Assembly: GCA_021799275.1 (NCBI GenBank)
Contig: JAJZAT010000001.1
Span: 161,431-225,430, forward strand
Length of the DNA stretch: 64,000 bases
Reading direction: 5' to 3'
DNA from: Bacillota bacterium
Lineage (GTDB): Bacteria; Bacillota; Sulfobacillia; JAJZYS01; JAJYTV01
The notes under the pieces were generated by a model, which had not been told where the DNA came from, did no database searches, and saw only the letters and a program-made list of their open reading frames with translations. Position numbers and translations under genes: made by a program. Numbering within the stretch: position 1 is the first letter of the stretch; the number at the start of each line of letters is the position of its first letter. Of the stretch, positions 34,924 through 44,517 are shown piece by piece.

Positions 34924-35943
34924 TTGAGAAGGCATCGTCGGCCCGGCTTCAAGGCGTCGCTGCCTCTGGTCGTGACCCTTGCGGCGCTCCTGCTCGGCGG
35001 ATGCGGGCTCGGCAAGCAGTCGGCGCTCTCACCGGCCGGGCCGGTCGCACAGGCCCAGCTCAGCATGCTCTGGCAGAGCCTAGCGATCATGACCGTGATC
35101 TTCATCGTGGTCCTTGCCGTGTTCGTCTACTCGCTGATCCGATTCCGCGCGCGCAAGACGGATACCGAACTGCCGAAGCAGGTCCACGGCAGCACGGCGC
35201 TCGAGATCGTCTGGACGATCATCCCGATCATCATCATCGTCGCTCTGTCGATCTCCACGGTGCACTACGCATTCGTCTTGGAGACCCCGCAGACCGGCAA
35301 GAACGCGGTGCAGGTCCAGGTGATTGGGCATCAGTTCTGGTGGGAGTTCCGTTACCCCGGCACCGGCGTCGTGACGGCCAACCAGGTGCACATTCCGGTC
35401 GGCAAGAAGGTCAACTTCACCTTGCAGTCCGCCGATGTTGTGCACTCGTTCTGGGTGCCCCGCCTAGGCGGCAAGACCGATCTGATTCCCGGCCGCACCA
35501 ACACGCTTTGGCTCGAGGCATCGAAGGCCGGCGTCTACTACGGCCAGTGCGCGCAGCTTTGCGGCGCGGGCCACGCCTACATGAAGTTCACGGTCCTGGC
35601 GCAGTCGCCCGCGGCGTACACGGCCTGGCTTCACCACATGCAGACCGACACGGTGTCCGTGACGACTCCAGAGGAGAAGGCCGGTCTCGCCCTGTTCAAG
35701 CAGAACTGCTCGACCTGTCACACGATCCAGGGCACGCCCTTCCACGGCAATATCGGCCCGAACCTGACCGCACTCGCGACGCGCCCGACGATTGCCGCGG
35801 GCACGCTGCCCAATACGGCGCAGGGTCTCGCCACGTGGCTCAAGAACCCGCCGGCCGCCAAGCCCGGCGCCAAGATGCCTGATCTGGGTCTGTCGCAAAG
35901 CCAGATCCAGTCGCTCGTCGCCTTCCTGCAGACCCTGAAGTAA
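34924..35943 (+). CDS. ctaC: cytochrome c oxidase subunit II with fused cytochrome c domain (caa3-type), lipoprotein
   Basis: Lipobox LLLGGC. CuA site HSFWVP...CAQLCGAGHAYM. Heme c site CSTCH. TTG at 34924 lies 9 nt after GGAGGG. The track ORF starts at 34543. Confidence 0.9.
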   Translation: MRRHRRPGFKASLPLVVTLAALLLGGCGLGKQSALSPAGPVAQAQLSMLWQSLAIMTVIFIVVLAVFVYSLIRFRARKTDTELPKQVHGSTALEIVWTIIPIIIIVALSISTVHYAFVLETPQTGKNAVQVQVIGHQFWWEFRYPGTGVVTANQVHIPVGKKVNFTLQSADVVHSFWVPRLGGKTDLIPGRTNTLWLEASKAGVYYGQCAQLCGAGHAYMKFTVLAQSPAAYTAWLHHMQTDTVSVTTPEEKAGLALFKQNCSTCHTIQGTPFHGNIGPNLTALATRPTIAAGTLPNTAQGLATWLKNPPAAKPGAKMPDLGLSQSQIQSLVAFLQTLK

Positions 35944-35968
35944 ACCCGCGCAAGAGGAGGTACGGACC

Positions 35969-37834
35969 ATGGCGGCGATCACCGAGCGCGTAGCCATCGC
36001 GCATGCGCAGGAGCGCAACTACCGCGGCATCTGGGCCTGGCTTGCGACGGTCGACCACAAGAAGATCGGCATCATGTACATCTACGCGGCGCTCTTCTTC
36101 ATGGCCTTCGGCGGCGCCGAGGCGCTCCTCGTTCGCATCCAGCTCTGGCAGCCGAACAATCACCTCGTCTCCGCCGAGACCTTCAATCAGCTCTTCACCA
36201 TGCACGGTGTGACGATGATCTTTCTCGTCGCCATGCCCATCCTGATCGGCTACATCAACGCGATCGTGCCGCTACAGATCGGCGCGCGCGACGTCGCCTT
36301 CCCGCGCATGAACGCGCTCTCGCTTTGGCTCTTCGTGCTAGGTGGGATCTTCCTCTACACCAGCTGGTTCATGGGCGGCGCCCCTGACGCCGGGTGGTTC
36401 AACTACGTGCCCCTCTCCGGGGCCCACTACAGCCCAGGCGCCGGCGTCGACTTCTACGACATCGGCCTGCAGATCACCGGTATCGGCACCTTGATGACGG
36501 CCATCAACTTCCTTGTGACGATCCTCAACATGCGGGCGCCGGGAATGCGACTTTTGCGCATGCCGATGTTCACCTGGTCGGCGCTGATCACGATGCTGCT
36601 GATCCTGTTCGCCTTCCCGCCCATCACGGTGAACCTCATCCTGCAGATGATGGATCGCCTGTTCCACGCCACCTTCTTCAACATCCCGCTCGGCGGCAAC
36701 GCGCTGCTGTGGCAGAACCTCTTCTGGATCTTCGGCCATCCCGAGGTGTACATCGTGATCCTGCCGGCGTTCGGCATCATCTCGGAGATCATCCCGACCT
36801 TCAGCCGCAAGCCTCTCTTCGGCTACGAGTCGATGGCGCTCGCCCTCTCGGTGATCGCGTTCCTCTCCTTCATGGTCTGGACGCACCACATGTTCGCCGA
36901 CGGGCTCGGTCCGATCGTCAACTCGATCTTCGCGATCACGTCGATGTTGATCGCGGTACCGACAGGCATCAAGATCTTCAACTGGCTCGCGACCCTCTGG
37001 GGAGGCCAGATCCGCTTCACCACGGCGAACCTCTACGCGCTGGCGTTCATCCCGCTCTTTGTGATCGGCGGCATCAGCGGCGTCATGCTCGCCATGGCCC
37101 CTGCGGACCTGCAGTACAACGACAGCTACTTCGTCGTGGCGCACTTCCACTACGTCCTGTTCGGCGGCACCCTGATGGGCGCCCTTGCGGGCCTCTACTA
37201 CTGGTTCCCGAAGATCTGGGGACGCCTTCTGAACGAGAAGCTCGGCCGCCTCAACTTCTGGCTCGTGTTCATCGGCTTCAACGTGACCTTCTTCCCGATG
37301 CACATCCTCGGGCTGGAAGGCATGCCGCGCCGCATCTCGACCTACGCGCCGGGTTACGGCTGGACGACACCGAACCAGATCGCGACCGTGGGCGCGTTCA
37401 TCCTCCTCGCCGGTATGCTGGTGCTGCTCTACAACCTGATCAGCACCTTCATGAAGCAGCCGGACCTCGTGCAGGACCCGTGGGACGCCCGCTCGCTCGA
37501 GTGGTCGATCCCTTCGCCGACACCGGAGTACAACTTCGCGCAGATCCCGCTGGTCGAGGATCGCGACGCCTACTGGGTGGCGAAGCGCGAAGGGAGCGGC
37601 GAGTTGCCGAAGGCCGAGCCGGTGGGACCGATCCACATGCCGTCGCCCAGCCTGTCGCCGTTCTTCCTTGCCGTGACCATCGTCATCGCGGGCTACGCGG
37701 CTCTCCTGCACGCCGACTGGCTGGCGCTCATCGCCCTGCTCGCGGCCTTCTGGCAGATCGGCCTGCAGCTCGTGCATGAGGACCACGGCTACCACGTGCA
37801 TCCCGACGTCCCGACGGGAGGTGCGACCGAGTGA
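35969..37834 (+). CDS. ctaD: cytochrome c oxidase subunit I
   Basis: WFFGHPEVYIVILPAFG-type motif (IFGHPEVYIVILPAFGIISE). 621 aa, as in Bacillus CtaD. Confidence 0.95.
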   Translation: MAAITERVAIAHAQERNYRGIWAWLATVDHKKIGIMYIYAALFFMAFGGAEALLVRIQLWQPNNHLVSAETFNQLFTMHGVTMIFLVAMPILIGYINAIVPLQIGARDVAFPRMNALSLWLFVLGGIFLYTSWFMGGAPDAGWFNYVPLSGAHYSPGAGVDFYDIGLQITGIGTLMTAINFLVTILNMRAPGMRLLRMPMFTWSALITMLLILFAFPPITVNLILQMMDRLFHATFFNIPLGGNALLWQNLFWIFGHPEVYIVILPAFGIISEIIPTFSRKPLFGYESMALALSVIAFLSFMVWTHHMFADGLGPIVNSIFAITSMLIAVPTGIKIFNWLATLWGGQIRFTTANLYALAFIPLFVIGGISGVMLAMAPADLQYNDSYFVVAHFHYVLFGGTLMGALAGLYYWFPKIWGRLLNEKLGRLNFWLVFIGFNVTFFPMHILGLEGMPRRISTYAPGYGWTTPNQIATVGAFILLAGMLVLLYNLISTFMKQPDLVQDPWDARSLEWSIPSPTPEYNFAQIPLVEDRDAYWVAKREGSGELPKAEPVGPIHMPSPSLSPFFLAVTIVIAGYAALLHADWLALIALLAAFWQIGLQLVHEDHGYHVHPDVPTGGATE

Positions 37835-38454
37835 GCGCGCAGAGCGAGACCACGCGCATCGCCTTGGAGCACGAGACCTCGCAGGAACTCGGGCTGCCCA
37901 AGGACCATCGCATCCTCGGACTCTGGATCTTCCTCGCCGGCGAGTGCGCGTTCTTCGCGTCGCTGATCGGCGCCTACCTGGGCCTGCACACGGGCGTCGC
38001 CCACGGACCGACCGGAGCGCAGATCTTCGACCTGCCGCTCACCACCGTCGCCACGCTGATCCTGCTTTCGAGCAGCCTCACGGTGGTGCTCGGCGTCGCC
38101 GCGATGCAGCGGCGCGACGTGCGCGGCATGCAGATCTGGCTCTGGCTGACGGCGCTCCTTGGCATCTTCTTCCTCGAATTCCAGGGCTACGAGTTCTACA
38201 CGTTCTATCACCACGGACTCACGCTGCAGACCAGCGCCTTCGGCTCCGCGTTCTACACGCTCACCGGCTTCCATGGTCTGCACGTGGCGTTCGGAGTGTT
38301 CTGGATCCTGCTGCTCCTCTTCCAGTCGCTCAAGCACGGCATCAACGAGGAGCGCACCACGAAGGTCTTCATCATGAGCCTCTACTGGCACTTCGTGGAC
38401 GTCGTCTGGGTCGTGATCTTCACCCTCGTCTACCTCGCAGGAAAGGTGAGCTGA
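37831..38454 (+). CDS. ctaE: cytochrome c oxidase subunit III
   Basis: Five-TM subunit III pattern (FYTLTGFHGLHVAFGV). GTGA overlap with ctaD. Confidence 0.9.
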   Translation: MSAQSETTRIALEHETSQELGLPKDHRILGLWIFLAGECAFFASLIGAYLGLHTGVAHGPTGAQIFDLPLTTVATLILLSSSLTVVLGVAAMQRRDVRGMQIWLWLTALLGIFFLEFQGYEFYTFYHHGLTLQTSAFGSAFYTLTGFHGLHVAFGVFWILLLLFQSLKHGINEERTTKVFIMSLYWHFVDVVWVVIFTLVYLAGKVS

Positions 38455-38458
38455 AGCG

Positions 38459-38767
38459 ATGAGCCAGGAGACACCGCTGATGCCCCAGGGGGCTGAGCGC
38501 TCGCAGAAGGCGCTCTACATCACGATCGGGGTCCTGAGTCTCGTGCTGACGCTCGTGGCCGTCTTCCTCGTGGAGATCGGCCTGCAGCGCCCCGTGGTGC
38601 TTCCCATCCTCATAGCGCTGGCCATCGTGCAGGTTCTGATGCAGGCCTTCCTGTTCATGCACCTGCGCGGCAGCAGGCACGTCTACACCTACTTCTTCCT
38701 CGCGGGTCTCTCGCTCGCGGTGCTGATCGGGACCTGCCTCATGGTCCTGATCCAACAGTGGGCATGA
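38459..38767 (+). CDS. ctaF: cytochrome c oxidase subunit IV (CtaF-like)
   Basis: 102 aa and 3 TM segments, in the position immediately after ctaE. Confidence 0.8.
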   Translation: MSQETPLMPQGAERSQKALYITIGVLSLVLTLVAVFLVEIGLQRPVVLPILIALAIVQVLMQAFLFMHLRGSRHVYTYFFLAGLSLAVLIGTCLMVLIQQWA

Positions 38768-38797
38768 CGGCATCCGGCCGCTCGTCCCCTCCCCCAG

Positions 38798-39736
38798 GTG
38801 CCAATCTGCGTTAGGGAGATGGCCCCCTTGGCAAATCCGCTTGAACTCGACGTCGCCCGCGGCCGGGCCGGCGTAGCCAGCCTCGGCGACTACGTCCAGC
38901 TCCTCAAGCCGCGCATCATCCTGCTGCTCATCATCACGTCCTACTGCGCCATGGTCGTCGCGTCGCATGGGCTGCCGGCCTTCTGGCCGTCGCTCCTCGG
39001 CACGCTGGGTCTCGCGCTCTCGGCCGGCGGCGCCCACGCCGTCAACATGTGGTACGACCGCGACATCGACGCCCTGATGGCACGCACCAACGACCGTCCT
39101 GTCCCGTCGGGCCGCATTCCGGCCACCCGCTCGCTGATGATCGGCATCGTCCTCGAGGTGGTGTCCTTCGCCCTCCTGCTCGATCTCAACCTAATCACCG
39201 CGCTCCTGTCGCTCGGCGGCTTCGTCTACTACGTCGGCATCTACACGATGTGGCTCAAGCGCCGCACGCCGCAGAACATCGTCATTGGCGGCGGAGCGGG
39301 GGCATTCCCCCCGCTGATCGGCTGGGCCGCGGTGACCGGCCACCTCTCGCTCGCCGCCTTCTGGATGTTCCTGATCATCTTCCTCTGGACGCCGGCCCAC
39401 TTCTGGTCTCTGGCGCTCTTCCGCCAGGACGACTACCGCCGCGCCAACGTGCCGATGATGCCCGTGGCGCGCGGAGAGCGCGTGACCAAGGTACAGTCGC
39501 TGATGTACACGCTGATGCTGCTCGCCGCGACGCTCGGCCTCTACCTCACCGGGGTCGTAGGCGGCCTCTACCTCGCCGCGGCCGCCGTGCTCGGCGTCGG
39601 CTTCGTCGCCATGTGCCTCGGGCTCTTGCGCGAGCACGCGCCGGAGGTGCGCTGGGCCAAGGCCACGTTTGGCTACTCCCTCGTCTACCTGACCCTGCTC
39701 TTCGCCGCGATGGTCTTGAATGTGCACGCGATCTAG
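38798..39736 (+). CDS. ctaB: protoheme IX farnesyltransferase (heme O synthase)
   Basis: UbiA motif NMWYDRDIDALMARTNDRP. The start is uncertain (GTG 38798 versus ATG 38819). Confidence 0.9.
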   Translation: MPICVREMAPLANPLELDVARGRAGVASLGDYVQLLKPRIILLLIITSYCAMVVASHGLPAFWPSLLGTLGLALSAGGAHAVNMWYDRDIDALMARTNDRPVPSGRIPATRSLMIGIVLEVVSFALLLDLNLITALLSLGGFVYYVGIYTMWLKRRTPQNIVIGGGAGAFPPLIGWAAVTGHLSLAAFWMFLIIFLWTPAHFWSLALFRQDDYRRANVPMMPVARGERVTKVQSLMYTLMLLAATLGLYLTGVVGGLYLAAAAVLGVGFVAMCLGLLREHAPEVRWAKATFGYSLVYLTLLFAAMVLNVHAI

Positions 39737-39778
39737 GGGAACCTCATAACGGGATCCGTTGGAAGCGGAGGCGGGCCC

Positions 39779-40231
39779 GTGTTTCTCGCGTACCTCAACG
39801 AAGCCTTCATGCTGCTTTCGGCCCTGGCGGTCGCCCTCGGCTGGCGCGCGATCCGTAAGGGCAGGCGCGACGTTCACCGGCGCTACATGCTCACGGGCAG
39901 CACCTTGGCCGTCCTCTTCTTTGTCAGCTACGTGCTGAAGTCTTTCCTCGTGGGGGATACGAACTTCGGCGGCCCGCAGAGCTGGGCCGTTCCGTATCTC
40001 GTGTTCTTGCAGATCCACACGGTGCTCGCCACCGTGGCTGCGGTCCTCGGCATCATCACGCTCAGGCTGGCCCTGCTGGGCCGGTTCGGCCGGCACAGGC
40101 GCATCGCCCCCTGGACGGCGACGTCCTGGTTTGTCGCCGCGGCGATGGGGCTCGGCGTCTTCCTGATGCTCTACATCGTCTTCCCGCCTGGAGCCACCAC
40201 CAACATGCTGCGCGCCATCCTCGGCCGCTAG
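39779..40231 (+). CDS. ctaM: DUF420 membrane protein (CtaM-like oxidase assembly factor)
   Basis: MFLAYLNEAFMLLSALAVALGWRAIRKGRRDVHRRYML... is a 4-TM DUF420 pattern. The cta context supports the call. Confidence 0.75.
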   Translation: MFLAYLNEAFMLLSALAVALGWRAIRKGRRDVHRRYMLTGSTLAVLFFVSYVLKSFLVGDTNFGGPQSWAVPYLVFLQIHTVLATVAAVLGIITLRLALLGRFGRHRRIAPWTATSWFVAAAMGLGVFLMLYIVFPPGATTNMLRAILGR

Positions 40232-40315
40232 CTACTGGAGGTCCTACGCACGCAACGCCCGTCGACGACCCCATCCTGGGGGCTCCTATGGCTGGCCCGC
40301 ATCACCAACATCCTG

Positions 40316-41197
40316 ATGTTCGTCGTCCTGATCGCCGGCTTCCTCGTGACCGAGACCGGCTCGGCCCAGGGCTGCGGCCGGCACTGGCCGCTCTGTGACG
40401 GCCACTTCACGCCGCCCTTCGATCTGCACGGCTTCGTGGAGTATGGGCACCGCTTCATCTCGGGGATCGTCGGCATCCTCGTGCTGTGGCTGGCGATCTG
40501 GGCCTGGACGCGCTGGGGACGACGCGTCGAGGTCCGTGTGCTCGCCCTGCTTATGCTGGTCTTCACCTACGTCCAGGCGCTCCTGGGCGCCGAGGCGGTC
40601 CTCTTTCCCACGTCGCCGGAGGTCCTGGCATCGCACTTCGGCATCTCGCTCCTGGCGTTCGCCGGCACCTTCGGCCTCGACCTGCGCCTGCACGAGGCGG
40701 CCGCTGCGGCCCGGACCGGCGGCCGGCAAGCGGCGATCCAGCCGCTTGCCAAAGGATTGCGGCGATCGATCTACCTCTTCGCCGTCTACATCTTCCTCCT
40801 CGTCTACCTCGGCGCCTACGTCGCCCATACAGGCACCGGCATGCTTTGCGGCACGAGCTGGCCGCTCTGCCTCGGGCAGGCGTTGCCTAGCCTGCAGGGC
40901 GCTGTCTGGATTCCCTATCTTCATCGCGTCGCGGCATTCATCGGCGTCGTCTGGGCCGCCTGGCTCTACTTCGCCGCGCGAAGGCACGCCTCGGCCCAGC
41001 CCAAGGCGGCACGGGGCGCCGGCGCCGTCCTCGTCCTGATCGTGCTGCAGGCCTTCTCCGGCTGGTACCTCGTGGCGAGCGGCGTCACGCTTGGCGCGAT
41101 CATGCTGCACGTCACCCTGATGACCCTGCTCTTCGGCGCCCTCACCTACCTCGTACTCGAGATTCAGCCACGAGCTGCCGGGCCGGCGGGCGGCTGA
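40316..41197 (+). CDS. ctaA: heme A synthase (CtaA/COX15); the true 5' end is probably upstream of the listed ATG
   Basis: Paired-Cys loops GCGRHWPLC and CGTSWPLC, with conserved His residues in the TM helices. The in-frame upstream peptide LLWLARITNIL completes TM1 but has no ATG/GTG/TTG (see finding). Confidence 0.85.
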   Translation: MFVVLIAGFLVTETGSAQGCGRHWPLCDGHFTPPFDLHGFVEYGHRFISGIVGILVLWLAIWAWTRWGRRVEVRVLALLMLVFTYVQALLGAEAVLFPTSPEVLASHFGISLLAFAGTFGLDLRLHEAAAAARTGGRQAAIQPLAKGLRRSIYLFAVYIFLLVYLGAYVAHTGTGMLCGTSWPLCLGQALPSLQGAVWIPYLHRVAAFIGVVWAAWLYFAARRHASAQPKAARGAGAVLVLIVLQAFSGWYLVASGVTLGAIMLHVTLMTLLFGALTYLVLEIQPRAAGPAGG

Positions 41198-41199
41198 TG

Positions 41200-41545
41200 G
41201 CACTCTGGCAGCGCCGCGCTCCGCGGCGCTGCGCGCGGGTATGCGAGCAGAGGAAGCGGCGGGCTGCCCAAGCGAGCGGACCGCCGCTTCTTGGCGGTTC
41301 AGGCGAGCGGGGCGCGAGCCTGTCGTAGGCCGGCTGCAGGCCCCGTGGGCCGCGCCAGGGCTCGAGGCGCCTCGGATCCGCCCACATGGAGCGCGCACGG
41401 CGGCGGCTGCCACACGGCTGGTGGCGCATGGGACGTGCGCCGCGAACTCCGTGACGGTGGCTTCCCGCGTCGCGAGAAGCTGCAGCATGCAGCGCGTGGG
41501 ATCGGCCAGCCCCGAGAACACTGAGCCCAGTTGAGCTTCCGTCAT
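41200..41545 (-). pseudogene. ArsR/SmtB-family HTH regulator remnant (frameshifted or decayed)
   Basis: ATG at 41545 gives MTEAQLGSVFSGLADPTRCMLQLLATREATVTEFAAHV, a good ArsR helix-turn start. The recognition helix and wing are then lost. Only fragments (PPAVWQ..ALHVGG) appear in another frame, and this frame runs open for 1.2 kb antisense to ctaA. Confidence 0.4.
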
Positions 41546-41698
41546 TCCACCCTACCCCCGCTTTATGCAACCGCTCGGCTCGTCCCGCCCCTCATCGCCA
41601 ATCCGCCGCCCTTACGACTTGACACCGGTGATTATTTCGACGATCATCTAACTGTTCAGTCGGCCGATTCACGCTGGCCTTTCGGAGGTGCGTTTCCC

Positions 41699-42466
41699 AT
41701 GACGTCCGCTACCCGCGCCGTGAGGCTGCTCGTCCCGCTCCTGCTCGCCGCGACGCTCGCCGGATGCGGCAGCTCGGCGCCGCAGCACCAGAAGAGCGGG
41801 AATGCGTCCAAAGGTTCTTCCCAGAGCACGTCCAACAACCTCACGAACGGCTTCCCGCTCGCCTCGGCCAGCCTGCCGTCCTACACCGCGAACTACCAGA
41901 TCAGCGGCGCGGCGCAAGGCACGATGACCTGGACCGTGACCCAGCAGGGACAGAACGAGACGCTCGTCACCATCCACCAGCAGGTGGGGAGCCAAGTCGA
42001 GGCCGACAGCATCGTGCTGACGCGCAAGGGCCTCAACTTCGTGTCGGCCCAGGAGGACGCGTCTGCGCCAGGCCATCACCTGACGATCTCCGCGAAGCTC
42101 AAGGGCAAGAAGATCGTGGAGAGCGCCACGGTCGACGGCAAGGCGGAGTCCGTGAGCTACCCCGTCTCGGGCGCAACGATGGTCAACGTGTCGATGCTGG
42201 CCGTGCTGGCCGGCCTCAACGTGCAGCCCGGACAGCTCCAGGTGGCTCAGGACGTCATCCTGAAGCACGGGGTGGCCGTGCCGATCGGCTTCACCGCCAA
42301 CGACCGGACCAAGCTGACGACGCCCGCGGGCACGTTCTCCGTGGTGCCGGTGACGCTCTCCGGGTCCGGCCCGAACCAGAAGGTCTACGTCGACACGCAG
42401 CACCACGTCGTGGTCAAGTACCTGAACAGCCAGACGACGATCACGCTGACGAAGCTCAGCCAATGA
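41699..42466 (+). CDS. lipoprotein, function unknown
   Basis: MTSATRAVRLLVPLLLAATLAGCGSS lipobox, with GGAGGTG 8 nt upstream. The mature part is Ser/Thr/Gln-rich and beta-rich. Confidence 0.7.
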   Translation: MTSATRAVRLLVPLLLAATLAGCGSSAPQHQKSGNASKGSSQSTSNNLTNGFPLASASLPSYTANYQISGAAQGTMTWTVTQQGQNETLVTIHQQVGSQVEADSIVLTRKGLNFVSAQEDASAPGHHLTISAKLKGKKIVESATVDGKAESVSYPVSGATMVNVSMLAVLAGLNVQPGQLQVAQDVILKHGVAVPIGFTANDRTKLTTPAGTFSVVPVTLSGSGPNQKVYVDTQHHVVVKYLNSQTTITLTKLSQ

Positions 42467-43191
42467 TCCCCCTGCCCGACGGCTTCGCTCTGAGGCCCGT
42501 CGCGGGCCTGATCGCCCTCGTGCTGGCGGGCCTGGCATTCGGGGGCCATCTCGCGGGCCGCCGGGCATCCCCTTACCGTGCGGTGCTGGCCGCCGCGCTC
42601 GGCATGGCTCTCTTCCTCGTCGCGGTGTTCTTGGTGCAGGTGCCGCTGCAGGGCTTCGCCTACCGCCTGGTCGGCAGTTCCATCTCGCCATTCTGGCTCG
42701 GCGGCCATCCCTGGTTCGTGCCCCTCGCGCTCGCCTTCCTGGCGGGGCTCTGCCAGGAGACCGCGCGGCTCCTGGCGATTGTCGCCGCCGGGCGCGGCCT
42801 CTCACGGGCATCGCTGCCGCTGCTCGGCGCCGTGGTCGGCGCGGCGGTCGGCGGCATCGAGGCGGCCATGGTGCTCGGCGCCGTCCCGCCCACGGGGCTC
42901 CATCTCGTTTCGCTCGCCGTGCTCGAACGGATCGGCGCCGTCGCCTTCCACACCGGGGCGGGTGCCCTGATCGGCCTCGGGCTCGGCCGCGGCAGGACGG
43001 GGGTCGCCTTCGCTCTTGCGCTGCTGCTCCACGTCGCCATCGACTTCTTCGCCGCGGCCCTCTCCTACGGCATCGGCGGTCTCTATCTCACCGAGACGAT
43101 CACCCTCGTGGTCGGGCTCGGCCTCTACCTCGCGACGCTGCTCGGCTCGCGCCGGACCCTCAGCAGACCCCCTGCGACCTTCCCGGCGTAG
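42463..43191 (+). CDS. polytopic membrane protein, possible CPBP/YhfC-like intramembrane protease
   Basis: ATGA overlap with the lipoprotein gene. Motif-like CQETARLL, ERIGAVAFHTG and LLLHVAIDF. The function call is weak. Confidence 0.5.
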   Translation: MIPLPDGFALRPVAGLIALVLAGLAFGGHLAGRRASPYRAVLAAALGMALFLVAVFLVQVPLQGFAYRLVGSSISPFWLGGHPWFVPLALAFLAGLCQETARLLAIVAAGRGLSRASLPLLGAVVGAAVGGIEAAMVLGAVPPTGLHLVSLAVLERIGAVAFHTGAGALIGLGLGRGRTGVAFALALLLHVAIDFFAAALSYGIGGLYLTETITLVVGLGLYLATLLGSRRTLSRPPATFPA

Positions 43192-43312
43192 GTCCCGCCT
43201 TTGGCCCTACGGCCCCCAAGGGACCGCAGGGCCTTTGCTCGCCCCGGCAGGAGTCCGCCTGACGCGGGGCGTAGACCGGAAGACGGAGATCGGACCTGTA
43301 AGGGGGTTTCCC

Positions 43313-43942
43313 GTGGCCGACTTCTTTCTTGTGCGCCATGGCGAAAGTCTCGCAAACCTCGATCGCCGCTTCGACGCCACGCTTCCCGGCGCGCCGCTCA
43401 GTCCGCGCGGTCTGAGACAGGCTGAACTCGTCGCCGACTGGTTCGACGCGCGGGATCTTAGGCCGAGCCTCGTCATCGCGAGCCCCTTCACGCGCACGCG
43501 GCAGACGGCCAGGCCCCTGCAGCGCCAGGCGGGCAGCCGCCTCTTTCTCGCCGACCTCCTCCGGGAAACGGCCGTCGGCGAGTGGGACGGCCGATCGTCG
43601 CTGGACATGATGGACGACCCCGCCTACCTCGCCTGGCGCGATGATCCCGAACATGCGCCGCCTGGCGGCGGCGAACGCCTCTCGGACGTCGCGGCACGGC
43701 TCACCATGCTGCTCGAACGGCTACGTCGGCTCGCGCCGGACGCCCAGCTCGCGCTCTTCACCCATCAGCACGGCCTGCGCGCGGCCCTCAGCATGACGGC
43801 GGGCCTGCGCGACGAGACCGGCCATCTGAGGCCCGTGCCGAACTGCGCTATCGTGCATCTGCGCTGGCAGGACGACGGCCCGCGGCTGATCGACCTCGAC
43901 CAGAGCATCCATCAGATGACGCGCGCGGCGGCGGCGGGATGA
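43313..43942 (+). CDS. histidine phosphatase family protein (phosphoglycerate mutase-like)
   Basis: FFLVRHGESLANL...ASPFTRTRQTA...THQHGLRA. GTG at 43313 follows GGGGG. Confidence 0.85.
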   Translation: MADFFLVRHGESLANLDRRFDATLPGAPLSPRGLRQAELVADWFDARDLRPSLVIASPFTRTRQTARPLQRQAGSRLFLADLLRETAVGEWDGRSSLDMMDDPAYLAWRDDPEHAPPGGGERLSDVAARLTMLLERLRRLAPDAQLALFTHQHGLRAALSMTAGLRDETGHLRPVPNCAIVHLRWQDDGPRLIDLDQSIHQMTRAAAAG

Positions 43943-44493
43943 CCGCCAAGCCGCCGCGCGGCTGGCTTCGCGACGACGCCCTGCGGGCGGATCTCGCGGC
44001 GCTTTACACCGCCAGGACCGGCCAGCGGCTCGAGGCAGAGGTCTGGCTCTCGCCGCGCATGGCGGGACGCACGGCCGGCGTCTTCCAGGCCGGGCGGCCG
44101 CCGCGCATCGCGCTCAGCCAGGCATATCTCTCGCGCTGCAGCCCGCTCGAGCGCCAGGACCTCATGCTGCACGAGCTCGCGCACTACCACCTCTGGCGGC
44201 TCGGCCTCCCCCGGGCGGGCCATGGCGCTCAGTTCCGAGCCCTGATGCGGGCGTGGCAATTCAGCCGCTATCCTAACGCCAAAATCCTGCGGGGCCTGCG
44301 GCCGCAAGACAGTTCGCCGCGACTCCTCTACGTCTGCCCCACCGGCCACCAGCACTGGTTGCGCCGGCCACCAAGGGCGCGGGAGGTCTCCTGCGGCCTC
44401 TGCTGCCGCTCCTTCGACCGCCGCTTCCTGTTGCGCGACACCGGCATTCGGGGCATGCCTACGCAGGAGCGGCCCGCCAAAAGCAGAAGCTAG
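43939..44493 (+). CDS. SprT-like zinc metalloprotease domain protein
   Basis: LMLHELAHYHLW plus a C-terminal Cys/His cluster (CPTGHQH...CGLCC). 4-nt overlap with the upstream gene. Confidence 0.8.
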   Translation: MTAKPPRGWLRDDALRADLAALYTARTGQRLEAEVWLSPRMAGRTAGVFQAGRPPRIALSQAYLSRCSPLERQDLMLHELAHYHLWRLGLPRAGHGAQFRALMRAWQFSRYPNAKILRGLRPQDSSPRLLYVCPTGHQHWLRRPPRAREVSCGLCCRSFDRRFLLRDTGIRGMPTQERPAKSRS

Positions 44494-44517
44494 CGGCAGG
44501 ACGAAGGAGGTGCGATC

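Noticed and set aside
40286-41545. 419-aa minus-strand ORF
   Set aside because: Only the first ~40 residues (ArsR-like HTH start) look real. The remainder is antisense to ctaA and low complexity. It is treated as a decayed regulator rather than a 419-aa gene.
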